DNA of 64,000 bases from Magnetococcales bacterium (GCA_015228975.1 JADGCN010000004.1:4028-68027); one strand, 5' to 3'; shown: positions 1-11,794, counted from the first letter of the stretch. A program made the numbers and translations. The notes: generated by a model from the sequence alone, not told the origin.

Positions 1-268
1 GAAAAAATTCTGTAAGCGCCAGAGCCCACATTTATTTCAAGATACTGTTCAGCCCAAGGTACCAACAGTTCCGCAACGATGCAACGGTGTTACTCGATCA
101 ACAGGCTGACAATACACCACAACCATAATGAATATGTTGTTTTATATTGCTTTTTATGTGCGTTTTATCCACAGACCTGATTGCGGGGCCAACAGATAAC
201 TAAGATGGTATGCAAACCATCAGGTTTGTTTACAGTCCGTTGAGAGGCGACGTTGCGGAAAGAGGAGG

Positions 269-804
269 TCATAATAGAAATCTGAAAAAAATATCGAAAA
301 TAATAACAATTCCTGTTGCAATCTTCCGGGTACCTGACCAGCACCTTCTTTCTGCGCCACCAGGTAACACAGTACGTGGCTGGGGAAATAATTTATTGTA
401 GAATGCCTCTGAAATACATAATGCACAAACGGATGATGCCACGCCACCAGACAGGGCAAAATTCAGATAAACCATTCCATCCTCAAGTTTGAATGGTGCG
501 GAAAGGATAAATGGAAAACTGGTAACCGTGAATCCAAGGACAAAACCAAGGGTGGCTCTTTCTCCAGGAGAGACATTTCCTTGCGTCTTGCTACGTAATA
601 TCAGCCAGTAAAGCAGAGCCGTAACGCACGCAGGAATTAAGCCGACGAGCAGGACCACTGGATACAGGAAGAGTCTCGTGGCAAGGATTTCATGCGTCTT
701 GCTGGCCCATCTGAACCGTAGGAAAACAATACATTCAAGGCCATGGAGGCGGCTCCACCGATCCATGTGCCCAATAAAACAAACAATACAACAACCTTCT
801 TCAT
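269..804 (-). pseudogene. Membrane protein, apparently frameshifted
   Basis: ATG at 804 with GGAG upstream gives MKKVVVLFVLLGTWIGGAASMALNVLF and stops after 55 aa. The hydrophobic continuation (LFLYPVVLLVGLIPACVTALLYWLIL...) lies in another frame ending at 269. Confidence 0.4.
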
Positions 805-876
805 TTCTCATCTCCCAGGGCCCGTGTCCAGATCATCCATCAAATGACCGGATGGGAAAGTGACGAGAAAAACAGG

Positions 877-1494
877 TTAGAGAAAAGCTTCGACCGGCCC
901 CGCCCCCTTGCGCAAAATTTGCGGCACACTTTCGGTCAGGTCCACCACGGTTGAAGGAACCTCGGGCAAAACACCACTGCTGACCATCAGGTCGACTTTA
1001 TCTTTTAAAAGTTCTTTGATGTCATCAGGATGATAAAGAATACCTTCGTGTCCGGGAAGCCTGAGTGAGGTGGATACCAGCGGCACGTCGACAGCCTGGA
1101 GCAGGTGCAGACAGATGGGATGATCGGGAATACGCAAACCGATGGTTTTGCGTTTCGGCAGGATGTTTTTCGGTACATCCCGTGTTGCCTCCAGGACGAA
1201 GGTATAGGGACCAGGAAGAAATTTGCGCAAGATACGGTAGGTTTGGTTGCCCACCCGGGCATAACGGGAAATATTCGCCAAATCGGGGCACAGGATGGAA
1301 AATTGATGGTTCGGTGGCAATTGTTTGAGGCGAATGATTCTTTCCATCCCCTTGCGGTTGTCCAAGGCACACCCCAAACCGTAGGTGGTATCGGTGGGAA
1401 AGACCATAATACCACCACCCTTGATAATACCCGCCGCCTGCTGAATCAGTCGGGGTTGCGGGTCGGTGGGGTGAATTTCCAAAAAAAGCGTCAT
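877..1494 (-). CDS. Sua5/YrdC/YciO-family protein (YciO-like)
   Basis: [46 protein letters not shown] motifs; start moved to MTLFLEIHP. Confidence 0.9.
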   Translation of the reverse strand: MTLFLEIHPTDPQPRLIQQAAGIIKGGGIMVFPTDTTYGLGCALDNRKGMERIIRLKQLPPNHQFSILCPDLANISRYARVGNQTYRILRKFLPGPYTFVLEATRDVPKNILPKRKTIGLRIPDHPICLHLLQAVDVPLVSTSLRLPGHEGILYHPDDIKELLKDKVDLMVSSGVLPEVPSTVVDLTESVPQILRKGAGPVEAFL

Positions 1495-1633
1495 GATTCT
1501 TCCATTCCTTGAAAACGAGACAGTTACGATACACCATCCCGATACTAGGTCGCACGGGATACCAATGATCCAGTTCACGCCCTCCAGGCCAAGGATACCA
1601 CATCGCGCTGTTTCAAGCCCACAGGAGAACGCC

Positions 1634-3478
1634 ATGCCCGCTTTAAAATCCCGCACTTCCACCCATGGCCGCAACATGGCGGGGGCACGCGCCTTGTGGC
1701 GTGCCACCGGGATGACGGATGGTGATTTTGGCAAACCCATCATTGCCGTTGCCAATTCGTTTACACAATTCGTCCCGGGTCACGTCCATCTGCGCGATCT
1801 GGGACGCTTGGTGGCCAGCCAGATCGAAGCCAACGGCGCCGTCGCCAAAGAATTCAACACCATCGCCATTGACGACGGAATCGCCATGGGACATGGCGGC
1901 ATGCTGTATTCCCTGCCATCCCGCGACCTCATCGCCGACAGCGTCGAATACATGGTGAACGCCCATACCGCCGATGCCCTGGTGTGCATCTCCAACTGCG
2001 ATAAAATCACCCCCGGCATGCTCATGGCGGTGCTGCGCTTGAATATTCCCGCCGTGTTCGTTTCGGGAGGCCCCATGGAAGCGGGCAAAATGGTCACGGA
2101 TGGCCAAGTGCTACGCAAACTGGATTTGATCGACCCGATGATCGCCGCCGGCAACAACCAGGTCGCCGAACAGGAACTGGCCACCATGGAACGATCCGCC
2201 TGTCCCACCTGCGGCTCCTGCTCGGGATTGTTCACCGCCAATTCCATGAACTGCCTCATGGAAGCCCTGGGTTTGGCGTTACCCGGCAATGGTTCGCTGG
2301 TGGCAACCCATGCGGATCGGAAAAACATGTTTTTGGAAGCGGGCAGACTCATCGTCGAGCTGACCCGGCGCTATTACCTGGAAAACGATACAACGGTTCT
2401 GCCCCGCAGCATTGCCGGGCAAAAAGCCTTTGAAAACGCCATGACCCTGGATATCGCCATGGGGGGATCCACCAATACCGTCTTGCATCTATTGGCGGCA
2501 GCCTCTGAAGCCCGGGTGCCGTTCACCATGACCGATATCGACCGGCTGTCGCGCCAGGTACCGTGCCTGTGTAAAGTGGCCCCCTCCACCGATCGCTACC
2601 ACATGGAAGATGTCCACCGGGCCGGTGGGGTGTTCGCCATCCTGGGGGAATTGGATCGGGCCGGATTGATCCAGCGTGATACCCCGGTGATCCATGCCGC
2701 TTCCCTGGGACAGGCCATCGATCGGGAAGATATCCTTGGCGCGCAAACCTCCGAAGCCGCCCGTAACCGCTACCTGGCCGCCCCGGGCGGCATTCCAACC
2801 ATCGAACCTTTCAGCCAGGACAAACGTTGGCAAAGCCTCGATGTGGATCGTACATCCGGCTGCATCCGCTGTTTCGACCATGCCTACAGCCCCGATGGTG
2901 GCTTGGCCGTGCTGTACGGCAATATTGCCCGGGACGGCTGTATCGTCAAAACCGCCGGGGTCGATGCCTCCATCTGGACATTTGCCGGCCCGGCCCGGGT
3001 ATTTTCCAGCCAGGAAGAGGCGTGCGAGGCGATCCTGAATGATCGCATCCAGGCAGGCGATTGCGTGGTCATTCGTTACGAAGGACCCAAGGGAGGACCC
3101 GGGATGCAGGAAATGTTATACCCAACGAGCTACATCAAATCGAAAAACCTGGGCAAGGCGTGCGCCTTGATCACGGATGGTCGCTTTTCGGGTGGCACAT
3201 CGGGTTTGTCCATCGGACACATCTCCCCGGAAGCGGCGGAAGGTGGTGCCATTGCCTTGATCGAAGAGGGTGATCGGATCACGATCGATATTCGCCAGCG
3301 CTCCATCCAGGTTGCCGTTTCCGATCAGATCCTGGAAGAACGTCGTCGCGCCATGAACCGTTTCGCCCCGGTCGGTCGCAATCGGGTGGTTTCCCAGGCG
3401 TTGCAGGCCTATGCCGCGTTGACGACCTCCGCAGCCCGGGGGGCGGTACGGGACCTGACACAAATTCATAAAATTTGA
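1634..3478 (+). CDS. ilvD: Dihydroxy-acid dehydratase
   Basis: [63 protein letters not shown] before ATG 1634. Confidence 0.98.
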   Translation: MPALKSRTSTHGRNMAGARALWRATGMTDGDFGKPIIAVANSFTQFVPGHVHLRDLGRLVASQIEANGAVAKEFNTIAIDDGIAMGHGGMLYSLPSRDLIADSVEYMVNAHTADALVCISNCDKITPGMLMAVLRLNIPAVFVSGGPMEAGKMVTDGQVLRKLDLIDPMIAAGNNQVAEQELATMERSACPTCGSCSGLFTANSMNCLMEALGLALPGNGSLVATHADRKNMFLEAGRLIVELTRRYYLENDTTVLPRSIAGQKAFENAMTLDIAMGGSTNTVLHLLAAASEARVPFTMTDIDRLSRQVPCLCKVAPSTDRYHMEDVHRAGGVFAILGELDRAGLIQRDTPVIHAASLGQAIDREDILGAQTSEAARNRYLAAPGGIPTIEPFSQDKRWQSLDVDRTSGCIRCFDHAYSPDGGLAVLYGNIARDGCIVKTAGVDASIWTFAGPARVFSSQEEACEAILNDRIQAGDCVVIRYEGPKGGPGMQEMLYPTSYIKSKNLGKACALITDGRFSGGTSGLSIGHISPEAAEGGAIALIEEGDRITIDIRQRSIQVAVSDQILEERRRAMNRFAPVGRNRVVSQALQAYAALTTSAARGAVRDLTQIHKI

Positions 3479-4803
3479 AAAATAATCAAACAAAGGCGAT
3501 TGCTTCCATGGGTGTTTCCTCAGGTGTCATCCTGGCCGCTACCCAGTCCCGTTCGGGCAAAACGACCATGACGTTGGCCCTCATGGCGCATCTGGCGAAA
3601 AGAAACATTCCCGTAGCGCCTTTCAAGGCGGGTCCCGATTATCTCGATGGTGCCTGGCACCAGGAGGTCAGTCGGCGACCATCCTATAATCTCGATACCT
3701 TCATGCTGGGAAACGAAGCCTGTCGTACCCTCTACCAGCAAAAAAAAGGTCATGCCCTGGGGGTGGTGGAAGGGGTGATGGGATTGTATGATGGCAAAAG
3801 TGGTGTCGGGGGGACGGGGTCAACCGCCGATCTGGCAAGGGTGTTGGGTCTGCCCGTGCTTTTGGTGGTGAATGTACGCGGCATGGCGGGCTCCCTGGTG
3901 CCCTTGGTACAAGGTTTCGCCGCCGCCGCGCAAGGATTCACCATCGCCGGGATATTGGCCAACCAGGTTGGCTCCGCCCAACATGCCCAACGTTTGTCGG
4001 CATTGCTCGACGACAATCATGCGCCACCCCTGTTGGGATGGATGGGACGCCATGAGCATTTGACCTTGGAAGAACGACACTTGGGATTGACACTGCCCGG
4101 GGAAACATCCTCCCCCCCATGGGAACAACTTGCCGCTGCCCTGCATCTGGATCAAGAACGTTTTACCCACCTGTTTCAACCCACTCCCGCCAGGGAACCA
4201 GACCTTTCGTTGCGTGTCGAACCTTTATTGCAGGGCAAAACCATCGCTGTGGCGCGGGATGCGGCGTTCAGCTTCATCTATACCGCCAATCTGGAATGCT
4301 TGGTGCAGATGGGGGCAACGGTTCATTTTTTTTCACCCCTGGCGGGTAATGCGATTCCTGACGCCTGTAGCGCCATCTGGCTCCCCGGGGGATATCCCGA
4401 GCTGCATGCCGAAAAATTGTCGCAAAGTCGGACATTGCAACAACTAACGCGATTGGGGCAAAACGGAACGTGCATACTGGCCGAATGTGGCGGCATGATG
4501 GCTTTGGGAGAATATTTGGTGGATTTGGCGGGTCGCTCCTGGCCTATGGCAGGACTTTTGCCTATGCAAAGTATCATGACATCCCGTTTGGCGGGTTTGG
4601 GATATCGGCAAGAGGATTCCGGGATGCGCGGCCATGAATTTCACCATTCCATTCGGGAAGCATCCCCGCTGCCGCCGGCGTTTTCCCTGAATCGGGGTGA
4701 TCCGGGCCTGCGTTTGGCCAATGTACGCGCCTCCTACGTTCATTGGTATTTTCCATCGGCACCCCGGGTACTGGCGGCTTGGCTGGGGGGAACCCGTATT
4801 TGA
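3475..4803 (+). CDS. cobB: Cobyrinate a,c-diamide synthase (CobB/CbiA)
   Basis: [41 protein letters not shown]; start may be ATG 3508. Confidence 0.93.
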   Translation: MKNNQTKAIASMGVSSGVILAATQSRSGKTTMTLALMAHLAKRNIPVAPFKAGPDYLDGAWHQEVSRRPSYNLDTFMLGNEACRTLYQQKKGHALGVVEGVMGLYDGKSGVGGTGSTADLARVLGLPVLLVVNVRGMAGSLVPLVQGFAAAAQGFTIAGILANQVGSAQHAQRLSALLDDNHAPPLLGWMGRHEHLTLEERHLGLTLPGETSSPPWEQLAAALHLDQERFTHLFQPTPAREPDLSLRVEPLLQGKTIAVARDAAFSFIYTANLECLVQMGATVHFFSPLAGNAIPDACSAIWLPGGYPELHAEKLSQSRTLQQLTRLGQNGTCILAECGGMMALGEYLVDLAGRSWPMAGLLPMQSIMTSRLAGLGYRQEDSGMRGHEFHHSIREASPLPPAFSLNRGDPGLRLANVRASYVHWYFPSAPRVLAAWLGGTRI

Positions 4804-4892
4804 CATGTCAAGGGGCAAATTCATGGTATCATGACAGGATGGTTTGATTTATTTAAATTATGATAGTGTCTCATCATGATCCGAGGTTAACG

Positions 4893-5390
4893 ATGAACAA
4901 AAATTTGTTTTCTATTCTCAATAAGATCGCATTCTTCAGCAAGTTTACGGATACGGAAAAAAGATTGCTGTTAAGCATGACGTATTTTCTGGCAAGATTC
5001 CGAGATGGTGATACTATTATACGTGAAAATGATAAGGATCAAAATTCATTGTTTGTCATGCTCCGGGGCTCCGCACGGGTCACCAAGAATGATACCCCTG
5101 AAAAAACTCTCAACACGATCAAGCCGGGTGATGTCTTCGGAGAGATTTCCTTTCTTCTGAAAACACAACGAACATCCAATGTCATCGCTACCGATGAAAC
5201 GGTTTGTTTCGTACTCAGGAATCAATATATGGAAGAACTCCCCATGCATTTACAAATTAAAATCAAGGATTGTTTGATTGAAATCCTCGTGAATCGCCTG
5301 GTCCGGCTCGATAAGCAAAATGTTTCTTCCAACGTCCTTGATGAAGGTGTGACGATCGCCCCGGATGAACCGAATCCCAATGTGTCCTGA
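4893..5390 (+). CDS. Stand-alone cyclic-nucleotide-binding domain protein
   Basis: IIRE...LFVMLRGSARV...GDVFGEISFL...RTSNVIA cNMP signature; no HTH. Confidence 0.85.
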   Translation: MNKNLFSILNKIAFFSKFTDTEKRLLLSMTYFLARFRDGDTIIRENDKDQNSLFVMLRGSARVTKNDTPEKTLNTIKPGDVFGEISFLLKTQRTSNVIATDETVCFVLRNQYMEELPMHLQIKIKDCLIEILVNRLVRLDKQNVSSNVLDEGVTIAPDEPNPNVS

Positions 5391-5460
5391 GCGTCTGCAA
5401 CCGGGTCGATTTCCCCCCTGAGCGCCAAAATAAGACGGCGTGCGGATAGCCGAATCGTAC

Positions 5461-5715
5461 TCATGGTACGATATTTCTGGGAAAAAGAGGTTGATCCTGG
5501 TGCAGTCCCATACGAAAAGCCTTGATGGGTTTACTCCGACAGGTACACTCTTCCCGCCCCCCGTCCAATTCACCCCCTCGTTTCCAAAACACGGATGTCC
5601 CCCAATGGGACAGGGCTCCCATTGTCCAACGGTCCAACAAGTAGGCCATGGGCCATGATGCCGCCAGCAGTGCCGCCAGTACCAACCCGGCTACATATTC
5701 GTTTTTTTTGCTCAT
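5461..5715 (-). CDS. Small hypothetical membrane protein
   Basis: 84-aa ORF with an N-terminal hydrophobic segment; its start overlaps the stop of an upstream small ORF. Confidence 0.35.
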   Translation of the reverse strand: MSKKNEYVAGLVLAALLAASWPMAYLLDRWTMGALSHWGTSVFWKRGGELDGGREECTCRSKPIKAFRMGLHQDQPLFPRNIVP

Positions 5716-6072
5716 GAGAATTGCTCCGGTGGAAACAGTACCGTCCCCAGATCAACGAAGACGAAGAACGCCTTCGACAGCCCAATGATGGGAATGATAC
5801 GAAGTAACGACATCACTGCACTCGCAAAGTGACGATGATGAGGATGGGCTTGGTCAACGGCAGTAAGAAATGAACCGCGAGTACATGCGGCAAGGGTTCC
5901 ATAACACGATCTCCATGGTGCGTAGCGGTCATGACGCCCATGATAGAAAGGAAAGTATTAAATTTGGTTTAAAAGTGCGGCAGGAAAGATCAAAATTTCA
6001 TCAAAGACTGCGCTGGCTGCATGATTCGGGGTTATGGTGATTATTTGCTGTTCAGACCCCATGGGCCATCAT

Positions 6073-6498
6073 TCAGAATGGCGGGCCTTGATCATAGGGA
6101 GAAAAAATCATAGTGGCCCGGGCCACCCCACCCGCCGGGCCGGTTACCACGATGGCGACCATCTGGCACCCTGCGGCAGCGGCTGTGGGGCAACCGTTAT
6201 CACCAGCCACCAGGGCACTGAGGGTCACCCCGCGGGTAAACGTATTGCTGCCCACGGTGACGTCGGCAAACGTTGTGGTGATGGCATTGTAATTGATCCG
6301 GCGACTGGCGACGATATCTTCCATGGTGGCCTGGGCAACGAAGGTTGCCTGATTGGCCTCGCGAATGACACTGGTATCTTTCAAGGCGGCTGCCAGGGTA
6401 GCGGTCAAACCACTCACCACCATGCCGATGCCCACGATGGCCACCAGGACCTCGATGAAGGTAAAGCCTCGGGCGGCATCGTTGCGCAGAGGGACCAT
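6073..6498 (-). CDS. Type IV pilin/pseudopilin-like protein (MshD/PilV-like)
   Basis: Prepilin motif RGFTFIEVLVAI; C-terminal Cys pair. Confidence 0.85.
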   Translation of the reverse strand: MVPLRNDAARGFTFIEVLVAIVGIGMVVSGLTATLAAALKDTSVIREANQATFVAQATMEDIVASRRINYNAITTTFADVTVGSNTFTRGVTLSALVAGDNGCPTAAAAGCQMVAIVVTGPAGGVARATMIFSPYDQGPPF

Positions 6499-6503
6499 GA
6501 AGG

Positions 6504-6965
6504 CTAACTCACAGCGCCCGTATTGAGACTGACCGACACCGTGTTGCTGCCAAAGGCATCGGTGAGCGTGATCGTAGCGGCACCCGACGTGGGGGTTCCG
6601 AACCGATCAAAGAGTATGTTGAAGCTGGAGACGACCATGTCGGTCAAGGTGACCTGGGAACCGGCCACCGCAGCCCCGGTGGCGTCGCGTATTTCGTAGG
6701 TATTGCTGGACGTGGAAAGGATTCGGAACCCTCCTCCCCGGCTCATGGCAAGGGCCTGGGCCCGACGAATGTCGCTGGCCAAACTCCGGGTATAGGAAGC
6801 CCGTGCCACTTGATCTGGAACCAATCCGGTCACGGAACTGGCCAGGATGCCAATCACCAGGATGACCATGATCACCTCCATGAGCGTAAACCCACCCTCC
6901 AGACGCCTTTTGGACCGTCGAAAACACAAGGGGCTCACAATGGGAAAGGTGTGGACAGTGATCAT
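6504..6965 (-). CDS. Pseudopilin (GspH/FimT/MshC-like)
   Basis: GGFTLMEVIMVILVIGILA, LASDIRRAQALAM, FDRFGTP; TGATG-coupled to the upstream pilin. Confidence 0.85.
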   Translation of the reverse strand: MITVHTFPIVSPLCFRRSKRRLEGGFTLMEVIMVILVIGILASSVTGLVPDQVARASYTRSLASDIRRAQALAMSRGGGFRILSTSSNTYEIRDATGAAVAGSQVTLTDMVVSSFNILFDRFGTPTSGAATITLTDAFGSNTVSVSLNTGAVS

Positions 6966-7327
6966 CAGGGGAGAAGTGTTGCGGAGGTATAGGTTGTCGA
7001 ACCCTTGATATGCATCACCGTACACCCGGAGGCGGGGGATCCGCCGACGGTATAATCCGACACGGTAATGCCACTCAACAAGGCCATGGCCGTGGTGCAG
7101 GTCAGTGTTGTGCAGGAGCCCACGCCCACGGAACAATTCGCGTTATAATTGGCTGCCGCCACCCCCAGGGCACCGGCAATCGCCTTGGCATTGGCATCGG
7201 CGGCGGTCGGAGTGATCGTGCCAAAACGCGGCAAGGCCATGGCAGCCAGGATGCCGAGTACGACGACGACCATGATCACTTCCATCAGGGTGAATCCCGA
7301 ATTTTTTTTTGCTCTGCAATTTTGCAT
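6965..7327 (-). CDS. Type IV pilin (MshA-like)
   Basis: SGFTLMEVIMVVVVLGILAAMALPRF; four C-terminal Cys. Confidence 0.88.
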   Translation of the reverse strand: MQNCRAKKNSGFTLMEVIMVVVVLGILAAMALPRFGTITPTAADANAKAIAGALGVAAANYNANCSVGVGSCTTLTCTTAMALLSGITVSDYTVGGSPASGCTVMHIKGSTTYTSATLLP

Positions 7328-7464
7328 GCTGATCACGGCACCACCGGCCCGGTTGTCGCGTCCTGGGAAGCACGAAAGTATCCTCGCGACACATTACCCC
7401 AACGTCACACCCCAGGTAAACGTACGATGTCACCAATCAGCAACCGCCTTGTGGATCAGGGGCA

Positions 7465-8253
7465 TCACTCCTGCTGCCCTCTGGCTTTTTTCGGATTGCG
7501 CACCTCGCGGATACGCCACGCCATGGCCTCATTTTCGTCAAACGGCTTGTTGTGGCGTTTGATGTAGTCGAGATAGGTTCCCTCTTCTGGATTTTCATCC
7601 AAGGTACCCAGATTAAACGGCAACGACTTGGCGATGCCATCCAACCGGTGCAACTCGGGCAACCAACTGATGCCGTGCAGGTGGGCGAAATCGGCCGCTA
7701 TTTTGGGATCGCTCAAGGTATAGTGTTTTTGTTTCAGGGTGTGCAGCACCGAGTTGCGGGTATCCTCCAGCATGTTGGCATATTGGAAGATGCCATAGTA
7801 CAACGCCCCGACAGCCAGGATGAAGATCAAGATTTCACCAATCAAAAAATTATCGACCCCGCTCATGCAACCGCGTTTCCTGCGTGCCGCTTTACGCCAT
7901 TCCGTATGCGCACGTTCCTTGAATCCCTTCTCAAATAAAATGCGTTCCGGGTGATCTTTGGGCAGTTTTTGAATGCGTTCCGGCAACCCCGGTTTTCTTT
8001 CCTCGACGACCACCGGGGCTTCCCCCAGGCGAATCTTTTCAACCGGTTTCTTGGGTTTGCCCTTGGCTCCTTCCTGCTCGCGAACTTGGCGAATTTTTTC
8101 CACTTCAGCCTGAATGCGCGCCTTTTCCTCCTGCCGACGTTTTTCTTCGAGTTCTCGTAGCTGTTCGAAGGTCAGCTCTTCCAGAGCCACCTTCCCCCCC
8201 CCGGAACCCTTGGAAGTTGCACCCTCACTCGCGATCAACATAGGGCCGTTCAT
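7465..8253 (-). CDS. Hypothetical bitopic membrane protein upstream of the pilin genes
   Basis: Charged coiled-coil N-terminus, one TM segment (FLIGEILIFILAVGALYYGIF), C-terminal domain; start taken at MNGPM. Confidence 0.65.
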   Translation of the reverse strand: MNGPMLIASEGATSKGSGGGKVALEELTFEQLRELEEKRRQEEKARIQAEVEKIRQVREQEGAKGKPKKPVEKIRLGEAPVVVEERKPGLPERIQKLPKDHPERILFEKGFKERAHTEWRKAARRKRGCMSGVDNFLIGEILIFILAVGALYYGIFQYANMLEDTRNSVLHTLKQKHYTLSDPKIAADFAHLHGISWLPELHRLDGIAKSLPFNLGTLDENPEEGTYLDYIKRHNKPFDENEAMAWRIREVRNPKKARGQQE

Positions 8254-8738
8254 GGGACTTCTCCCGCACCTTTGAAAACACAACAGACATCTGCCAGAAA
8301 CAATCGCAATGGCCTTGCCAGCTATGCTGTTAGGGATAAACTGAAAAAACAAAAATCCGTACAGACAGATACTCATTCCTGTGGCATGACAGGGGTCAGT
8401 TCTTATCGGACAACGGGATAACAAACTTGAAAATTGCCGCAGGTACACCGTAGCCGAGCGCTGGCATGCCGAAAGTATCATAATGTAACTGTCTGTTTCA
8501 TAATGTTATACTCGCTTTCCTGACATTTTATTTGCCACGTGCATTTCATCCCTTGACAAGAAGTCTACGCGCATATGGCGACCATTTCAATAGCAAAGTG
8601 TGTTCTGAAGCATAGAGAAGGGGTAATTATGCAGAAAAAGAAAAGTATGAATATTCATTCATGAAATGGTAGAGAATGAATCAATGGCAGAGGGATCGAT
8701 GCCAGCGTCAGTGGGTCCTATTACGCATCATCCAGCAC

Positions 8739-10034
8739 CTACCCGGCTTGCACCACGGGCAATTCCTTCCAGTTGGTCGTGTATCGGGGCGAACGGTTGG
8801 CGGATTTGCCGGCCCAACGGTGACAAACACCTTCGCCCGCCACATGGATGATGTCGCGACCAAAGCGTTGGCGCAGGGTATCCAAGGTGTCCATCAAAGC
8901 TTTGTTCTTCTGCCTGGCCACGGGATCGGCGAACAAATCATCCTGTTGACCCGTCGCCCGTTCCAACGCCGTCAACAGGATTCCCGCCCTGTGATAGGCA
9001 TAACCGGCCCGATAGATCCTGTCCAAGCCTTGCCTGACAAGCCGGGCGAGTTGCAATTCATCATCAGTGGGACTCGGCAGGGGCAATGTCACCCCCTGAC
9101 AATAGTGTGGCTCGCGCTCACGAAACGGGTTGGTCTGGATAAAAAGATGCATCGCCCCCGCGAGCAATCCTTGTTGCCGCAACCGGCGCACACCCCGACG
9201 CATGAAGGTCAATAACGCCTCAGCCAATTCCTGGGGTTCATACACGGGTACGGCAAAAGAACGCGACGATTGAATCTGTTTGCGCGGCGGCGTGACCGTC
9301 TCCAGGGAGAGACAGGAAATACCATTCAACTCAAGGATGATACGCCCCATGACGACCGAAAAACGTTTGCGCAACCGATGCACATCCGCCCGACGCAACG
9401 CCAGGACGTTCGTCACACCCATGGCGTGTAATCGTTCGCTTCCCCGTGCCCCAACGCCCCAAACCTCCGCCACGTCAATCTGGGACATCAGATGCTCCAA
9501 ATCATCCATGTCCATGGTGTTAAAGTTGCAAACCCCGGCATACACCGGTCGTTTCTTGGCACAATGATTCGCCAGTTTGGCCAAGGTTTTGGTTGCCGCA
9601 ATGCCAACGCCCACAGGCAATCCCAGCCAATTGGCCACCTCCTGGCGTATGGTCTGCCCCACCTGCGTGACATTGTCATGAATGTCCAGGGCCAGAAAAC
9701 ATTCGTCTATGGAATAAATTTCCTGACGTGGACTGAAACGCCCCAACAACGTCATCATACGCTGCGACATGTCGGCATAGAGGGCATAATTGCTGGAGAG
9801 CGCAATAATGCCGTGTTGGCGCGCCAGGGTGCGCAGGCGAAACCAGGGTTCCCCCATTTTGACGCCCAAAGCCTTGACTTCATTGGATCGGGCAACAGCG
9901 CAACCATCATTGTTGGACAAAACCACGACCGGCCTTTGCCACAAGCCTGGATTGAACACCCGTTCGCAGGAGACATAAAAATTATTGGCGTCAATCAACG
10001 CAATGTTTTGCCCGCCACCCGATGTACCGACCAT
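8739..10034 (-). CDS. umuC: DNA polymerase V subunit UmuC (Y-family)
   Basis: [45 protein letters not shown]. Confidence 0.95.
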   Translation of the reverse strand: MVGTSGGGQNIALIDANNFYVSCERVFNPGLWQRPVVVLSNNDGCAVARSNEVKALGVKMGEPWFRLRTLARQHGIIALSSNYALYADMSQRMMTLLGRFSPRQEIYSIDECFLALDIHDNVTQVGQTIRQEVANWLGLPVGVGIAATKTLAKLANHCAKKRPVYAGVCNFNTMDMDDLEHLMSQIDVAEVWGVGARGSERLHAMGVTNVLALRRADVHRLRKRFSVVMGRIILELNGISCLSLETVTPPRKQIQSSRSFAVPVYEPQELAEALLTFMRRGVRRLRQQGLLAGAMHLFIQTNPFREREPHYCQGVTLPLPSPTDDELQLARLVRQGLDRIYRAGYAYHRAGILLTALERATGQQDDLFADPVARQKNKALMDTLDTLRQRFGRDIIHVAGEGVCHRWAGKSANRSPRYTTNWKELPVVQAG

Positions 10035-10426
10035 GTGACCACTCCCCAAATGACCAATTCTTGCCCTTCCGCCACGCGAATTTCCGGATAATCGGGGTGG
10101 GCGGAACGCAAAATCAGCGATTTTTGTCGGTGTACGATCTGCTTCACCACAAATCCGCCGTCGAGTGCCGCAACGACGATGTGTCCCTGACGCGGGACAA
10201 CGGCACGGTCCACAACCAACAAATCACCATCGTGGATCCCCATCCCCTCCATGGAGCATCCCGCTACGCGCCAAAAAAAGGTGGCTTCGGGGTGTTCGAT
10301 CAGAAGATGTTCCAGATTCAGTTGTTCCGTGACCTCATCCTGGGCTGGCGATGGAAAACCCGCCGCCACCGGAGCGCACAACAAGGGCACGGTCGTGACA
10401 CATGGGCGTGTGGAAAAGGTACTCAT
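9995..10426 (-). CDS. umuD: UmuD (S24 autopeptidase)
   Basis: VAAGFPSPA cleavage region, GCSM catalytic Ser, VVK Lys, IWGVV. Confidence 0.93.
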   Translation of the reverse strand: MSTFSTRPCVTTVPLLCAPVAAGFPSPAQDEVTEQLNLEHLLIEHPEATFFWRVAGCSMEGMGIHDGDLLVVDRAVVPRQGHIVVAALDGGFVVKQIVHRQKSLILRSAHPDYPEIRVAEGQELVIWGVVTWSVHRVAGKTLR

Positions 10427-11028
10427 CGGGCCCCCCCGTACTGCCGTATCAGGCCAACCACAACGCCAAAAATGGTCAGGCTTTGTTTGGGACGCAGGAT
10501 CGGATAGCCGGGATTGGCCGGGTGTAACGTCCAGGAATCGCCTTCATGCACCAAGGTTTTGAGCGTGAATTCCCCATCAACCTCGGCTACGACCAGCGTG
10601 CCATCGGCAGCGGTCGAACACCGTTCCACAACCACCCAATCACCCTCGTGGATACCGGCCCCCTGCATGGAATTCCCCTTGACCGGCAGCAATACGGTGC
10701 AGGAGGGCGTCTTGACAAGCATGGAATCGATCAAAACGGGATTGTCGGTTGTGTCCAAAACCGTGTCCGGGAATCCTGCCAACACAGCGGCATCTGTCAG
10801 CGGACGCTCGAAAAAACGGTTGGTTGGCGACCATTCCCCATCCGGTGTACGCCGGATATAGCCCGCCTCTTCCAGGCGGCGCAGCAACTTCAAAATCGCC
10901 GATTTGGCGCTGAACCCCATGACCGAACCCAAACGGGCGTAGGACGGCAATGCCCGATGTTTGGCGTAATAATCTCGGAGGGTGTTTAAATGGTCGCTGT
11001 CACGATTGATGGGGGACATGGCACGCAC
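10423..11028 (-). CDS. lexA: LexA-family repressor
   Basis: N-terminal wHTH (PSYARLG...LRRLEEAGYIRR), AG cleavage site, GNSM, FTLK. Confidence 0.85.
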   Translation of the reverse strand: MRAMSPINRDSDHLNTLRDYYAKHRALPSYARLGSVMGFSAKSAILKLLRRLEEAGYIRRTPDGEWSPTNRFFERPLTDAAVLAGFPDTVLDTTDNPVLIDSMLVKTPSCTVLLPVKGNSMQGAGIHEGDWVVVERCSTAADGTLVVAEVDGEFTLKTLVHEGDSWTLHPANPGYPILRPKQSLTIFGVVVGLIRQYGGAR

Positions 11029-11055
11029 CTGGGTTGAAGAACGGTCTGCAGGTCC

Positions 11056-11084
11056 AATCTAGAGAACGTTCGTACACCAGTCAA
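11056..11084 (-). promoter_or_regulatory. Sigma70 promoter TTGACT-N17-TAGATT with a GTAC-N4-GTTC operator in the spacer
   Basis: Minus strand reads TTGACT ggtGTACGAACGTTCtc TAGATT, about 30 nt upstream of lexA. Confidence 0.7.
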
Positions 11085-11182
11085 GCCATTTTTTTCCTAT
11101 TCGTTGCCAATGCCCTGATTACAGGGCATTGGCCGTCATCGTGCCGCCACGGGGGATTGCTCTCGAAACGTCAGGAATGGAA

Positions 11183-11464
11183 TCACTCATACGTGCAAAG
11201 ATAGGCGGTATCGACTTCAACGCGCAGTTGAAATTTTTGCTGGGCGGCCACTTGGAAAGATTGATTGTGCGCATAGGTCTGCCACGTCTCTTGCCCCGGC
11301 AACTTGACCGTCAAGGCACCGCTGACAACGGTCATGGTCTCTTTTTGCGACGTACCGAATTCGTATTCACCGGGCATCATCACACCCACGGTTGCCCGCA
11401 GCGTTGCCGTTTGAAAACCGATCGATTTGACCTTGCCATCAAAATATTCATTCACACTCAACAT
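11183..11464 (-). CDS. ppnP: Pyrimidine/purine nucleoside phosphorylase (YaiE)
   Basis: [17 protein letters not shown]...TVGVM...EFGT...YLC signature, 93 aa. Confidence 0.95.
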   Translation of the reverse strand: MLSVNEYFDGKVKSIGFQTATLRATVGVMMPGEYEFGTSQKETMTVVSGALTVKLPGQETWQTYAHNQSFQVAAQQKFQLRVEVDTAYLCTYE

Positions 11465-11563
11465 GATGCCCCTGACTCCCTTCTCCTTAGGTTGTATCTG
11501 TCCGCATTCCAAAAAATAGTTTTTTGCCACCCTGGAAAAACAGGACCGAGCGGTCACAACACC

Positions 11564-11794
11564 TCAAACGCGTTGTTTCGCCTCCTGGAGCTGCCTGTCC
11601 AGTTCACCCAATTGTTCTTCCAACTCGCGCAACCGATCCTGCAAGAAGGAATTTTCTTCTTCAAGATCGACAATATGCTTTGCCACCCTGCCCCAACGCA
11701 TTTCAAGTTGGGATAGCAGGGCGTCCAGATCGGGCTGACCAACGGCCCTCCCAAACGAGGCATGGGAATGTGGGTTTAGGCTGCCATCGTTCAT
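11564..11794 (-). CDS. Small coiled-coil protein (ZapB-like character)
   Basis: 76-aa heptad-rich ORF (LEEENSFLQDRLRELEEQL) with GGAGAGG RBS. Confidence 0.55.
   Translation of the reverse strand: MNDGSLNPHSHASFGRAVGQPDLDALLSQLEMRWGRVAKHIVDLEEENSFLQDRLRELEEQLGELDRQLQEAKQRV

Noticed and set aside
165..173. DnaA box TTATCCACA with an AT-rich flank
   Set aside because: Single box at the window edge; not enough to call a functional site
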